A DNA stretch of 62,820 nucleotides, the filler included, from Choristocarpus tenellus KU-1152 (Eukaryota; Protista; Phaeophyceae): the NCBI GenBank assembly GCA_964200185.2. It is 8 parts of 8 records of this genome, joined end to end, with 100 filler letters (N's around TTAATTAATTAA, not from the genome) between each part and the next. Parts side by side here need not be neighbours in the genome. Positions count along the whole stretch, not along the records: positions 22,924 to 29,373 come from CAXNAD020008117.1; positions 29,474 to 33,400 come from CAXNAD020017101.1; positions 33,501 to 39,384 come from CAXNAD020009517.1; 5 more parts are not named here. The stretch is one strand, 5' to 3'. Below are positions 23,601-34,785 of the stretch, one piece after another. Made by a program: the position numbers and the translations under genes. The notes beneath the pieces were generated by a model, which did not search any database, had not been told where the DNA came from, and saw nothing but the letters and a program-made list of their open reading frames with translations. The number at the start of each line of letters is the position of its first letter. Within the stretch, counting starts at the first letter, position 1.

Positions 23601-25299
23601 TTGGTTTTCTGAATGAGTCTGAAAACTCCTAAGAGTATAAAGCATTACCAGCCAACGAAAGGGATTACTTCGAGGAACTGAGCTATTGCTATAACAGCGT
23701 CCTTGTTGGTATTGAATAACATCTGTGAGGTTGATCAGGAAAATCTTGTCTAGAGTATGTCGATCCAGTTGGATGACGCACAAGGGAGGATTTGAAAATG
23801 CATGGTACATTGAGAACAGCAGTGCCTTACCCAAAAAAGGTGTTAGAAGGAGAAAATATGGATAGGGCAGAAGATAATGATATCGCAATTGGTGAAACAG
23901 AAAAAAAAATTGTTGAAGAAAGAGGATACAACCCATCTCCAGTTCTGAGTACAACGAGGGGAATCATCGCATGACTAGAGGAGGGGTGCATCTTTTGAGT
24001 CCATATTCGTTTCAAAAATCTAAATCCGTACCTAAGAATTCGATGAAGTGATGCCAGAGAAGGAAATAGGCTCCTGGGAGTGAACAGTGGATCCAAGTCA
24101 TCTATCGATCTCACGCCCAGGGATTTATCAACAAAATAGGAGCTCGAGGATATTTTTATTAGCAAAAAATGTATAGAATTTTAAACCAACATCGTCAAGA
24201 CAAAGGAGAAATGCGATTTGATGCATTAATAACTATGTTCACTACTCTCATGTTTCGTTTCTTCCACCAATTCAAGATATGTTGCATATATAATCTCATA
24301 TACCATACTCCATAACGACAGTTACCTTTCGCAGAAACTCTGGTTACAGATATTCCAGAAAACAGTTTAGACGACAAGCATATTATCCTCATTCACCACT
24401 TCTTAGCCCTGCACGAATTTTTTCATCACCTACATAAACAGGGTCCTCCCTGTCCTCCAAATATCTATCCAAGCTATCCTTCAAACACAAGAGGATTAAT
24501 CCAATCACATTGAAGCAGGTTTGGGTTGGATTGTATTCTTTTCATTTAATCCGTCCCAACTCTAGTAGAAAGGCAGCCTCTTGAACTTCCTTGCATTTAC
24601 GACCTACCCATTCTAGTTTTGTTTTGAATTTAGGTACATCCCCACAACTTTCAGAGTTTCGTACGCGCGTAGAGCTCCATGATGTATACAATAATACTGC
24701 TGTAACAGTCATAATAATAACGTATCAACGATTCAACTACAATATTTTTCACCTCCTGAACCAAACCTCTACTCAAAGCTAAGATATATGTTTTTCCAGT
24801 ACCTTCATGTTGGTATCTGATTTCGTGACCCCTTTAGAAAGATAAGAACCTAACTCTTCTCTGTGGACTAAACACAGTGTTCACATTTCAATATTACACT
24901 ACAAAATGCAATTATTGTTACAAGGAAGGTCTTTTCCATTGTTGCACATCCTTTTTCCCTTTTCTCTTGTCCCCTCTCACGCTGAACTTGTTGTCTTCCT
25001 ATCCTTCCCCCTGTTCAGGTTATTCAGATGTTGTCATTTCAAATTTCCACGAGATCAGTATCCAAGGTATGTACGAAGAGATGCGATTATTGATGAATAC
25101 ACAATTGCTAAGCCCCTTGTCCTACTGAGTGATACACAGAAGGGAGCGAAGCAAAGAGAGACAAAACAAGATTACAATTCATCATCTACCCCAATCTCTA
25201 AGCTCATTTATATCCAATGTAGTGGATATAATTTGTTTTTCTGTATCCCCTTACATGTGCACACCCTGCACCCTGTTTGGAGTCACACCATTAATGACT

Positions 25300-25464
25300 G
25301 ATCCAAAGTATCTGGGGGGTAAGGGGGGGTCTACACTAGGGTGTCCACAGGAAAAGTACATTTACGCTATCCTTCCGACATATGCAACTAAATCACCCAA
25401 AAATCGCGTAATGAAAAATTGACCCCAAATGGACAGCCGCCACCCCCCCCAGGTACTTTGGGTC
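25300..25464 (+). mobile_element. MITE family A copy
   Basis: GATCCAAAGTATCTGGGGGG ... CCCCCCCCAGGTACTTTGGGTC. Confidence 0.92.
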
Positions 25465-25761
25465 ACTGTGTTGCTCCAGTCTTTTGACATTGTGCAACAT
25501 CAACCATTTTTTTTTTGTGCATGATGTGAAAGGTCAACGTGTTGCTAACTTTAACCCAACATGTTTTGCATGTCCAAAATATATGCAAACTCAGCAGACA
25601 GTATGCCTCGCACCATGCAGGGTAGGATGATTGCAAATCAATAATAATGAAGTGGTGATTAGTACTTAGAGGTACAATGATCCTGTTGATGATGACAACA
25701 CTACTTCCACACAAATTACAGTACAGAACAGCAGCAGTTTGTGGCTGGTGCTTGCCTCGAA

Positions 25762-26034
25762 AGTCCAATAGAATCTTGGTGGGGGAATCAGGCGTGAATT
25801 TGGGACCTGTGTGACCCTGTAGTGATCTTCACGTCCACACGAGTGAACTTGTCTGATGTAAGCGTAATTTCCTCAAACTAAAAGCGCCTTCCTTATCTAT
25901 CCACCTCCCTGGACCAAATGTGAAGGAAATTCACCCTCAAGGAAGGCATCAAACTGAGGTATTTTGCAACACTCCATCAAGCCCAAATGGACAACCCAGG
26001 CAAAAACACCTCACCCTCCAAGATACTATGGGCT
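25762..26034 (+). mobile_element. MITE family H copy
   Basis: Ends AGTCCAATAGAATCTTGG / CCAAGATACTATGGGCT; body homologous to 1435-1700; contains GCCCAAATGGACAA as in B (CCCAAATGGACA core also in A). Confidence 0.75.
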
Positions 26035-26533
26035 AAAGACAAAATCTTTCTTCATGATATCAATTTGGGTGGCCTCGTTAGGCCTCTTTCCATTGAGTAT
26101 GGTCAAACCCCGTACCTCATCGCATCAAGCAAGTGAAAAAATGTCAATAAACCTGCCTTTCACACTTCAAGTGGGGAGCAGGTATACTTGAGTACCTACT
26201 ACTTATTCGTGATGGATCCCCCTTCCCTTGATTGTCGTCTGTGTCAATCCCTCTGCATCCCCACCAATAACACGAAGACACCTTTAGTTGTGTAACTGCA
26301 CTCCAAACCACCCCCATTTATACTTCAAACCACAATGAATTGCAATAGAAAGAAACTACCTTGTAGAAATGCATATACAATTGTTTAAGTGGTTAGAATA
26401 ACACACCAAGAGTGAGAAAGCCTATCCCCAGTCCACAGACACTCTGAAAATGCAGTCAACTGATGGAACGAAGCGACTGTGGGCAATTCAAAGTTCTCCT
26501 CCCGTTGCTGTGAGCATCCAGCAAGCATCCCTC

Positions 26534-28094
26534 TCATCTTCTGCTGCGCGGGGCAAGGGAGCAGCCCCACAAACCCAACGCAATCGAGGCACCTCCGATG
26601 ATGACACCTACGTCCACCCACACGGGGAAATACCCCCGCTTCTTCGGGTGAGAGATATCTCGCTCTTGCTCTGATGCCATCTCATTGTGGGGTGTTGTTA
26701 CCGATCCTTCGCCAATCACGGATGGATTGCATTCCCCACTCTCAATCGCCGCCAAGGGAATGACTGTTGCCATGGCCAATGCATTATCACCGTTGTCCCT
26801 TCCCGTCACCTCATGGACGGGGGGCCCTCTCACCAGAGGCCCCCTTGACTGACCACCCATGACTTCCCTTGTGGGCTCCACAGAGGTCACCAGACCAGGG
26901 GCTGGAGTAGCGGCGGGAATGTCCAAAGGCATAGGAGCTGGGGAAGCAGGGGAAGCAGGAGGCACCAGTGGGGAAGGGACTGGGTTTGTCGGTGCAGGAG
27001 TACCAATGTTGTTGGGAGTGCCAACTCTTCTGGATACCGTACAGCCCTGGCTGTTGGTCTCGACTGGGGTGCCGATCAAGGCGGTGGTTGTAGTTGCGCC
27101 TGAGGAGATCAATGCCTTACCATTGCGCGGATCTGCAACCTCAGGGGTTGAGGACACCCTCAACAGAACCTGACTTGAGTCAGCACCCATGGCTTCCCTT
27201 TTCGGTTTTGGAGCGGCCACCGGATCAGGAGGTGCAGTAGCAGCAGGGACAGTCAAAGGCTCAGGAGCTGTAGAAGCAGGGGGAGCTAACGGGGCAGGAG
27301 GTGTTGGTGTGGCAATCTGCGTCATCTTCATGGACATGTCAACATCCCTGGATGCCGCACTGCCCTGATTAGTAGCATCAACAGGGGTGTTGAATGAGGC
27401 AGGGGAAATTCTGGCAGTAGAAGGAGGAGTGGCATGAGTGGAAGCAGCAGCAGCCGAGTGCCCTCCACGATCATCACTAGTAGGGGAGAGAGGGGACAAG
27501 GAGGCGGATAGTCCAATCATTGCTGGGGTGTCCTTGGGGACCCAGTGTCTAAGTGCCCAATGAAAGCCAATGCAGTTGTCGCAGACCCGCTGGGGTTGCC
27601 CGTGGGTATGTAAGACCTATGTTTGGGATAATGTTTGCCACGATGGGAGTGGAACATGAGGAGGGAGGGTAGAGAGTCTAGGTTGATATGGGTGAGTCAG
27701 GAGTTGGGCAGTCTCCCTCGTCTTCTGGTGGTCACCTCTGTGATATGCGTGGCTAGAGTGATGAGGCTACTCGTGAGGCCCTAGTGATCCCTTCTTATCT
27801 TATGTAAGGGGGCTTGTCTTCGAATGACTTTATAGTATTGACGCCTTGAACGGGCAGAAAAAAGGAAGTACAAGGTGGAAGGTTTGTTCCATTGGTGAAT
27901 GGCAAAGGAGTTACGAATATATACTTCGTTCGACTCACAATAGATACTACAATAAACACGAATAGTATCAATAGAAAGGAACCAATGTCGTTTCCCCGTC
28001 CCACCCACCTTCTTGGTAAGGGAGCATTTGTGGCAAACGCTCTCTCTACAGCTTCTGCAAGTATGTCCGTGGTTGAGCCAGGTGAAAGATGTCT
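26534..28094 (-). CDS. FYVE-like zinc-finger protein with Pro/Ala-rich duplicated linker and C-terminal membrane anchor; exons about 28092-28009 and 27616-26534; 5' exons unresolved
   Basis: Spliced TSFTWLNHGHTCRSCRESVCHKCSLTKK|VLHTHGQPQRVCDNC (FYVE Cys spacing, RVCxxC), phase-0 AAG|GTGGGT...atag|GTC junction, open for 361 codons, ending in hydrophobic VWVDVGVIIGGASIALGLWG plus a basic tail. Confidence 0.72.
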
Positions 28095-29328
28095 CTGGAG
28101 TACATGTGGTAAGGCGATTTCGGTGTTGTGAGTTGGTGTACTTAAAGCGAGCTCAGTTATGTGAGCCTACCGCGATACACCAGGTATGTGTAGCAACAGG
28201 GACTTAGAGGAGGCCAAACAGAGGCAGTTCTGGGCTCGAAGACCGGGCCCTTTACTACCGAGTGCTAAACGCCATACGAAGTGGGTGTTGTCGGTTGCGA
28301 AGGAAGAAAATGAAGCATTTCGAATGACTCTTCTCTGAAGGGAGAAGATAAAGTGTGACAACAACAGGTACTTGTTGGTTGTTGGTTATCGGAGGCCGTG
28401 GTTTCCTGCTTAATCGATCACCCTGTTCACAAATGAACGTGTGATGCACATGGAACGAAAAACTTTCAAGAAAGAGAAAAGTTGAAAACATATTTATGTC
28501 GAGTCGACATGGACGACCGGAGCCTTACCACAGACGTGACACTTCGGAAGGGCTTCCACCCATGGCTCGATGGAGAAAAGAGGCTTCCTACCACTCACGA
28601 CAGCACCCGTCTTCGATGCGTGTGGTTTGGCCGACTCCCCCATTACCGCAGCAAAAGCAGACGAGGGCATTGTTCTTCTTTAGGGGACGACTAGAAAATC
28701 AGGCCAGATTGTAATAGCTCGCTCGTCTACTCAAGTTGTCAGTTGCAGTCCTGGTGGGAGACGCGTGATGTGAATTTGCGAACGGAGTAGTGCGAAAATA
28801 TAGGACTGCTGAGGTCATGCGTTACTTAAAATTCACTGAAAGATGGCGTTTGAGGGCGTGTGTGAAGAGACGACGGTTTCACTGCTGGGGATCGCGAGTC
28901 CAGAGCGCCACGGTCTGGCCCAGAACGACTGACGGGGTGAGCTGTTAGAACACTACTACAGTACTAACAAACGCTAATCCCTGGAATTCGGCTATGATGG
29001 CATGGGGGCAGAAAATGTAGGGGACAGATTCATACTTGAATCGGGAAACGAAACCGACGGGACTCTCAGGTGCGTATTCCGCACACAACGGTATATGCTC
29101 GCACTACATTCACAAAAAAGTGCCCTAATGCCCCAAAGCTCTACATGCGCAACCGTCATCATTTGTTGTGATGCACAATTGCGATGGACCAACTACATAC
29201 ACGTACAGTGTGAAAGACAGACCAAGGACATGGCCAGGCTTGCCGTGCAGTCTTAAGTAAGAATACATGCCAGGAAGGAAACCAAAACGCAGGGAGGTGG
29301 TGAATTGCATGCTATATGATCCATTATT

Positions 29329-29373
29329 GACCCAAAGTATCTGGGAGGGGGGGGGGGTCTACACCAGGGTGTC
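29329..29373 (+). mobile_element. Family A left end at contig end
   Basis: GACCCAAAGTATCTGGGAGGGGGGGGGGGTCTACACCAGGGTGTC then linker. Confidence 0.9.
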
Positions 29374-29473
29374 NNNNNNNNNNNNNNNNNNNNNNNNNNN
29401 NNNNNNNNNNNNNNNNNTTAATTAATTAANNNNNNNNNNNNNNNNNNNNNNNNNNNNNNNNNNNNNNNNNNNN
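29374..29473. other. Artificial contig linker
   Basis: N44-TTAATTAATTAA-N44. Confidence 0.99.
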
Positions 29474-29655
29474 AGTTGGAACTGCTTGGAAGTAAAACAA
29501 GGATTATGCGTATGTGGATTCTGTGCTCAGATATAGAAACTTGAGAATACCCATCATGTATGGATGTGTGTGTTTTGTGCAACGTGACAAATACAATGGA
29601 AAATTGAAACGCACAGTGGTGTTTTGCTACTGTTACATACATATACATACGTACA

Positions 29656-29908
29656 GAGCCAAACCAATTGAGAGGTTGGCTTGTTTGCGCTCTTTTACAT
29701 TCTAAGTCATCTTTCTTATCCTGTGCAATACACTATTTCGTTGCTTTTAGTACACAATAGTGCATACAAAATTGATGTTTCCCCTTTTCACACACAAAAT
29801 GACCCCAAAATTAAGAAAAGGTCTTTCTGCAATTGTACAAAAATGACTTATCTTAATCCTTTTTCATGATCCCTAAAATGCAACCCTGCCTACCTCTCAA
29901 TTTGACTC
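29656..29908 (-). mobile_element. MITE family C copy, reverse
   Basis: GAGCCAAACCAATTGAGAGGT ... CCTGCCTACCTCTCAATTTGACTC. Confidence 0.92.
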
Positions 29909-30189
29909 ACGTAACATACATGCAGAGTGATGCCACTTGATACTATGTACTACTCTTTTCCCACCAAGCTCTTCATTTACGAGGTATGGTGACAAAGCAC
30001 CTATTATTTATACAGTCAGGCATGAGACCCTGTCCCTTAACCATTTGAAAGACCTGACCTTGCTTTTTAAGAGATGCATTGTGCAGGTGAGGAGTCCCCT
30101 ATTCTGAGTAAGATTTTTCATGTCCTGTTTAACATTGAGGTAACACTTATTGTTGCAATCACTATTCAACTGAGACAGGCACTCTACCA

Positions 30190-30920
30190 CTGTTCCACCA
30201 GTGCAGACAATCGAACAGTTGTATCTCAAATGCTTAACAAAAGCAGAGGCTGGGAATCTACCCAGCATAATCCGTGGGCCATCACCTCAATTTCCATGGG
30301 ATCTCCCGAAGGTTCCATCTCAAACTCTACATCTACCTGTCCTTGGGTTCCTCTCTCACTCTCATCTTTATTCTCCATCTGCACTTGTATAGAGTCGGGA
30401 AAACAGAATTATTTTCGAAACCAGAGGCTACGAACCTACCCAGCTCAATTCATATTCCATCACACCAATAATCACATGCTCTCCCTGAGCAATTATTTCA
30501 ATTTTCGTGTTTCCCCTGAGGCTGCCGCTGGACCCCACTCTCACTCAATCTATATCCTCCCACCTTAAGGAGTCGAGAAAGCAGTCCACCCGGGGCTGAT
30601 CCCAGTCTCTTTTTTTTGCGAAGCACTTGAGATACTGCCCTCCACCTCAAACATTTGGTTTTGTGTTAGTATCGGTTTTTATTCCCACTTTGGGATGACA
30701 TACCTGCTTCCATGAAGGCCAACCCTCTCTAGGTTTGTTTCCTATTTCAAGCGATCTGCTTTCCTGACTCTCCACAGTGAGATGATAAGGTGAGAAAGGG
30801 GTTCAAGGACGGGAACGCAAAGGTTGAGATGACTGCTTGAGGAGATTGTGTGATTATTTAGGGGTGATGGGGGACAGATTACGCTGGGTAGGTTCCCAGT
30901 ATCTGATTTTTGTCAAACAC
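30190..30920. mobile_element. Cluster of three diverged copies of SINE-like family G (about 30190-30390 minus, 30415-30650 minus, 30775-30920 plus)
   Basis: Shared motifs GTGAGA, GGTG(T/A)TG, ATT..GCTGGGTAG.TTC..AG..TCTG; the 30415-30650 copy also has AGTATCTCAAGT and TGGAC.GCTTT matching the 33881 head. Confidence 0.6.
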
Positions 30921-31167
30921 CAATATACCACAGTTTCACCAGGACAGAGATAGTCGTGTGAGTGATTGCTCCAGCGGAATAACAGTAGTATGGTGCAAAA
31001 AGTGGTAACATGCAAGATTCGGTTTAGTGGGCAGTACGGTAAACCGAGAGAAAGGTGCTGACGTTAGTATATTTGGAAATTCCTTTACTATTAGGAGTAA
31101 ACGCATAGTGTCATACTGCTCCGTTAAGTGATGATGCCAATGTAATATATCCCAATGTGACGTGTAT

Positions 31168-31370
31168 TATATATATTATTATGGTCCCTGACATTTTGTA
31201 GATGTGTGAGGGAGATGATGGTCAAACCAATATCGCAAGTACCTGTGAAAAAGTAACAGTAGTTATCGTATAATTATATTATTTTGCCCTCGGACAATTT
31301 GTAGACATGTGAAAGGGGGGGCGGGAACAGAGACCAAACTATATGGCAAGAACAACGGTGGGTAATAATA
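31168..31370 (+). mobile_element. Two head-to-tail family F units
   Basis: TATATTATTATGGTCCCTGACATTTTGTAGATGTGTGAGGG and TATTATTTTGCCCTCGGACAATTTGTAGACATGTGAAAGGG, about 100 bp apart; body matches the reverse complement of 15960-16070. Confidence 0.75.
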
Positions 31371-31856
31371 GCTACCGATCGATGCTAAGATACCTACCTA
31401 AAATGTGCAATATTTGAAAACTTAGACAATACTGTCTCCTAAGAAATTGTTACTGGTCAAATCCGGTATTTTTTTGTTTTGGTGGTGGGTTGATATTAGT
31501 AGGGAGAGTTTGTCGCACCTGGCTTCAATTGCGCAATCCCTTAAATTTTCCTTTACGTTGCTGTATGTTGAAATGCCTACACGCTTTTTTTTGGAACGAA
31601 ATCAAGAGTAATTTTAGCAAGGCATAGTGTATCCAAGGTCAAGGTTCGTATGATTTTTATCTTTTATTTTTATGTGTGCCACATTAGTTATGGATGATAT
31701 GATCCTGGCTCGCAGTCGATCGGAGGCGCTACAAACTGTGTGATACAAGACAGGAGTTTTTTTATTTCGATTGCACAATCTTATATTTTGCACTACTAGT
31801 GTGGAAAGCATGTTTGTTGCTATACCGTTACCGCCGTGTGCCATATACTGTTGTAC

Positions 31857-33400
31857 CAATTGAGGTTCCTTGTCAAACATCCATGATTCCACTGGCGGAC
31901 CTTCCGTCAGAGTGAAACCATGGAATCTCTTCACGAGACCAATCCCACAGACTTGGGACAGGTCGTCATTCAGAGTTGTCACACATGAATGATTCACTTT
32001 GTTCTCGTATCTTGACTTGTGGTGATGAAGCCCCATCTCTGAAGATGCTCATCACTCCTCAATTTGCACTTGTCCAACCTTAACCTCGTCTTCTCGGTTA
32101 TGGTTCGTCTTTGTTCTTGTGGTCCGTCTTGCCTGGTGATTCTCTTTGCCACCCTTGTCTGAGTGAACCACGCCGCCAGAGAATCACACGATTCACATTG
32201 GCGACACCAGTGAGATTCAAACTCATGCGTGCGAAGCACACAAACTTAGCATTCACACTAGTATCTGTAAATGACTAAACTTGTGTTCCAGAGACTATTT
32301 TTCATTGATGGAATGATTAGTAGGGGGACGTGGACATTATCACAATATTACTTGTTGAAATATTGTATTTAGCTTTTGAAACAATTGGCTCGCATCGTTT
32401 CGACAATGCCCTCCACTGTAAGGCAGAGTCAAATATTATATTTAAATCTCAACCTATCCTGTCTGTTCCTATACCACAAAAATGTCGGGTCAAGATTGTT
32501 TTGGAAACTTCAGGGGGAAAAAAAGCCACGAGAGTTAAGAGTACTGAACCCAACGTGTGAGAAGCAAGGCAGGAATGGTGGCAGTACAAAATAACAGTAT
32601 TAATAGTCATTAGTATGAGAAGTAGTGTAATGTAGTGCCTCTCTCCACCACCGGTTGAGATCATGACTCAAAGTAAAAAGAGATATCCAACTTATTTTAA
32701 GGACGCAAACAAATGTCAAAATTTCGACTTTTAGTACAAATGAGTGTAGGAATTTTCAAACTCTGTCAAAATTTTCGAACAATTAAGAGATGAATGGTCT
32801 GAAGTAAATAATACTACTCATCCTTAAGAATAAGGGTGAACTACAAAAAAAGATGAAAGTAACTTGAAAGGCAAAAAGGCCAAACCCCTGGCTACCTCTT
32901 GTTTACTTCGAGGATGCTCCTGACTAATTTTATGGTGCACAATACCATCCATCACATTATTATCACTCCTTACTCCTCTAATATAATAAGTCAAAGTCAA
33001 ATGTTTATGGGATAATAACAAAAATTGAACTATAATGTAGTCCGTAAGCTTATTTTGACCTCCCATCAGAGGCAACATACACTGCATTATAAATGAACCA
33101 CTATGGTCTGTACTATTGTTGTATGTAACAACTATTGCACTAGGAATAATTGTACAGCCTTTGGTCTTGGCTTACTTCTCGCGCATTAGGTTCAGCCACT
33201 CCATTCCTTGTCACTCCTCCTCCCTCAAATCTTGTCATAGATCCACCTTGGTGTCTCTTTGCAATGAAACCTTCCCACAACGTTCTGTTCCAGCATTTTT
33301 CTAGTATTGCAGCATGTTTTGGGATAGTTCAGGTGTACAATCTATAGCGGTTGCCTTGTAGTCCTTGCAGAATCGAAACCAGATTTCCATCGAAACAAGC
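31857..33400 (-). pseudogene. Possible spliced pseudogene (exon-like 32158-31857 and about 33400-33177)
   Basis: AG/GT-bounded 302-bp segment open except TGATGA (32049-32054); upstream segment reads protein-like with TAG/TGA/TGA interruptions. No domain recognised. Confidence 0.3.
32665..32914 (+). mobile_element. MITE family D copy (older)
   Basis: GACTCAAAGTAAAAAGAGATATCC...TTTTAAGGACGC...ATTTCGACTTTTAGTACAAAT ... CTACCTCTTGTTTACTT. Confidence 0.8.
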
Positions 33401-33500
33401 NNNNNNNNNNNNNNNNNNNNNNNNNNNNNNNNNNNNNNNNNNNNTTAATTAATTAANNNNNNNNNNNNNNNNNNNNNNNNNNNNNNNNNNNNNNNNNNNN
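33401..33500. other. Artificial contig linker
   Basis: N44-TTAATTAATTAA-N44. Confidence 0.99.
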
Positions 33501-33676
33501 CCAAAAGGTATCTGGGGGGAGGGGGGGGTCTACACCAGGGTGTCAATTTGGGCTAAAATCAAGAAAAGTGAATTTACATTATCCATCCGAAGTATGCAAC
33601 CAAATCAGTCGAAAATTGCGACATGAAAAAATTGACTCAATATGGACAGCCGCCCCCCCCCCAGATACTTGGAGCC
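33501..33676 (+). mobile_element. MITE family A copy at contig start
   Basis: GTATCTGGGGGGAGGGGGGGGTCTACACCAGGG ... CCCCCCCAGATACTTGGAGCC. Confidence 0.92.
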
Positions 33677-33880
33677 TCTACTACTGCTAGTACTACTGTA
33701 CACATTTGTGTGATTTCAAAAAGGAAATTTATAGTTTGTGGTGAAGATTTGGAAAGTACTTCCAAAGCAGAAATTCCGTTGACTTGAAAAAGAAATCTGT
33801 ACCTTATTTGACCAGAATATGCTCAGTACATAGAGCCAGATGTGTGAAACTGTCAAATATTACTAGTTGCACAACTGACT

Positions 33881-34170
33881 GCCCCTGTGGTGCAGTGGTA
33901 TCTCAAGTACTTGACATAATTCACCGGTTGTGAGTTCAAATCCCAACTGGACCGCTTTTCCAACTCCCTGCAGTGGGAGGATGAAGATGGAGTGAGAGGG
34001 GGGTGGGTGGGAGGTCCAAATAATGGGCTCAATGGGAAACGTGAAGATTAAGATGTCCACTCAGGAAGCGTGTGGGAATAGTGATGTGATGGCACACATG
34101 GATTAGGCTCAGTAGCACCCCAGTCCATGATTTGCTCAATTGCTGAGATATCTGTACCACCGGGGCAGCC
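33881..34170 (+). mobile_element. tRNA-derived SINE-like element (family G)
   Basis: Pol III A-box-like TGGTGCAGTGG (33888) and B-box GTTCAAATCC (33934) at tRNA spacing, no closing cloverleaf, followed by a body shared with the 30190-30920 copies. Confidence 0.65.
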
Positions 34171-34680
34171 AATGCGCATAAATGCAAGTGGGGGTGAAAT
34201 GACATAAATATTAATGGGTTAGTGGTGTGTGGATTAGATTGCCCCAATGGTACAGCGACATATTAACATTTGACAGCCGCAAGCACTCTACTGAAATTCC
34301 GGCAGAGTGTGGAGAGTATATATATGTATGTATATATTATATATTATATATACATAAGCTCAAGAGCGTTTTCTGTTGAATCGTAGTAGTTTGCAACAAT
34401 ACTAGTAGTCACTATAGTAGAAACAACAAAGTATCGTAAGTACTTTTTGTGTGAAGGGTGCCTCGATCTTAGGGTTAGGGGTTTCAGAAGCTGATGTGCT
34501 AGGATTCATTCTTTATGTATGTGTATTATGCTTCTGTCTTCAGTCTTACTAATAGTATGATGACCTTGGCTGTACTATACCGCTCTCTTTAACCAGCATG
34601 CCAAACATACTAAAATTGGTTATCTTCCTATATTTAAGCCAACTTTGTGCATGCTCTTGCTTGTGACTAACCATGTGTAG

Positions 34681-34785
34681 GTATTAGTCGCAGGAGCAGA
34701 TGGAATAGCGGTGATATCAGCCATCACCAAGGCCAGCGACCTGGAGCAAGCTGTGTCTCAGTGGAAGGCCCTTTGGGTTGGGTGA
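34681..34785 (+). CDS. thiE: Terminal exon of thiamine-phosphate synthase (ThiE/TenI domain; may be the C-terminus of a fusion enzyme)
   Basis: Branch point ACTAAC, acceptor gtgtag|, then VLVAGADGIAVISAITKASDLEQAVSQWKALWVG*; GADG(I/V)AV(I/V)SAI is the ThiE C-terminal signature. Confidence 0.85.
   Translation, partial: VLVAGADGIAVISAITKASDLEQAVSQWKALWVG

Noticed and set aside
13357-33400. Stop-codon reassignment (TAA/TAG to Gln, or TGA read-through) suggested by in-frame stops in several exon-like segments
   Set aside because: The 574-codon RRM exon and other well-supported exons have many Gln/Arg codons and no internal stops, and genes end in both TAA and TGA. Pseudogene decay or wrong exon models explain the stops.
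33881-33955. Functional tRNA gene
   Set aside because: A/B boxes are present but there is no convincing acceptor or anticodon stem, and it continues into a repeated body; treated as a SINE head.
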